A stretch of 64,000 nt of DNA from Faecalimonas sp. (lineage in GTDB: Bacteria; Bacillota; Clostridia; Lachnospirales; Lachnospiraceae). This document shows, piece by piece, positions 63,797 through 64,000 of the stretch; the stretch's first letter is position 1; each line of letters opens with the position of its first letter. The notes below the pieces were generated by a model. That model ran no database searches. It worked only from the letters and a program-made list of their open reading frames with translations, and had not been told where the DNA came from. The translations under genes were made by a program, and so were the position numbers. The stretch covers positions 17,089 through 81,088 of the forward strand of contig JAZQBW010000070.1 in the NCBI GenBank assembly GCA_045545895.1, in the 5' to 3' direction.

Positions 63797-64000
63797 CTAT
63801 TTTCGATTCATAATTTCATCCAGAATGCAGTTGGCCACATCCGTCTTACTCATGATGTCCAATTGCAGTTCCTTGTCTTTTGTAATGATTGTAACCACGT
63901 TGGTATCGGTTCCAAATCCAGCACCGGCCACTTTTAAGTTGTTGGCAACAATCATGTCCAGATTCTTCTTTGTCAGCTTCTTGCGAGAGTTTTCCAACAT
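63797..64000 (-). CDS. coaBC: C-terminus of CoaBC (phosphopantothenate-cysteine ligase domain), partial
   Basis: KL.KKNLDMIVAN...GFGTDTN.V...MSK..VA..I. Confidence 0.85.
   Translation of the reverse strand: MLENSRKKLTKKNLDMIVANNLKVAGAGFGTDTNVVTIITKDKELQLDIMSKTDVANCILDEIMNRK

Overview
Core-genome segment of a spore-forming Clostridia chromosome (gene content and order suggest Lachnospiraceae; inference), mostly + strand. Order: PBP1A (partial), yigZ, hpf, typA, a double-OB ssb/PriB-like gene, dapA-dapB-fbp, an Asn/Asp-rich lipoprotein, hisA, secA-prfB (programmed +1 frameshift), hom-apgM-lysC, a solitary AT-rich ATPase/wHTH/DUF234 nuclease-fold gene, a lipid kinase, an AraC-galKTM locus, tmRNA, a Zn/Cd P1B-ATPase with ArsR, hflX, addBA, SASP, cdaR-ftsEX-M23-S41, pyr and pur genes with an embedded four-subunit 2-oxoacid:ferredoxin oxidoreductase, glmM, eno, secG and coaBC (partial). 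I saw no CRISPR array, prophage, integrase or transposase. The best candidate for an uncharacterised system is the AT-rich ATPase-nuclease gene (18815-20215), whose promoter is overlaid by a 15-bp-period repeat array. Other notable points: a nested lysC beta-subunit start, DnaA boxes before a degenerate TagA-like gene, AraC and ArsR operators, and sporulation-sigma-like promoters, including one before a weakly codon-biased enolase. All family calls come from motif recognition by eye, not from database searches.
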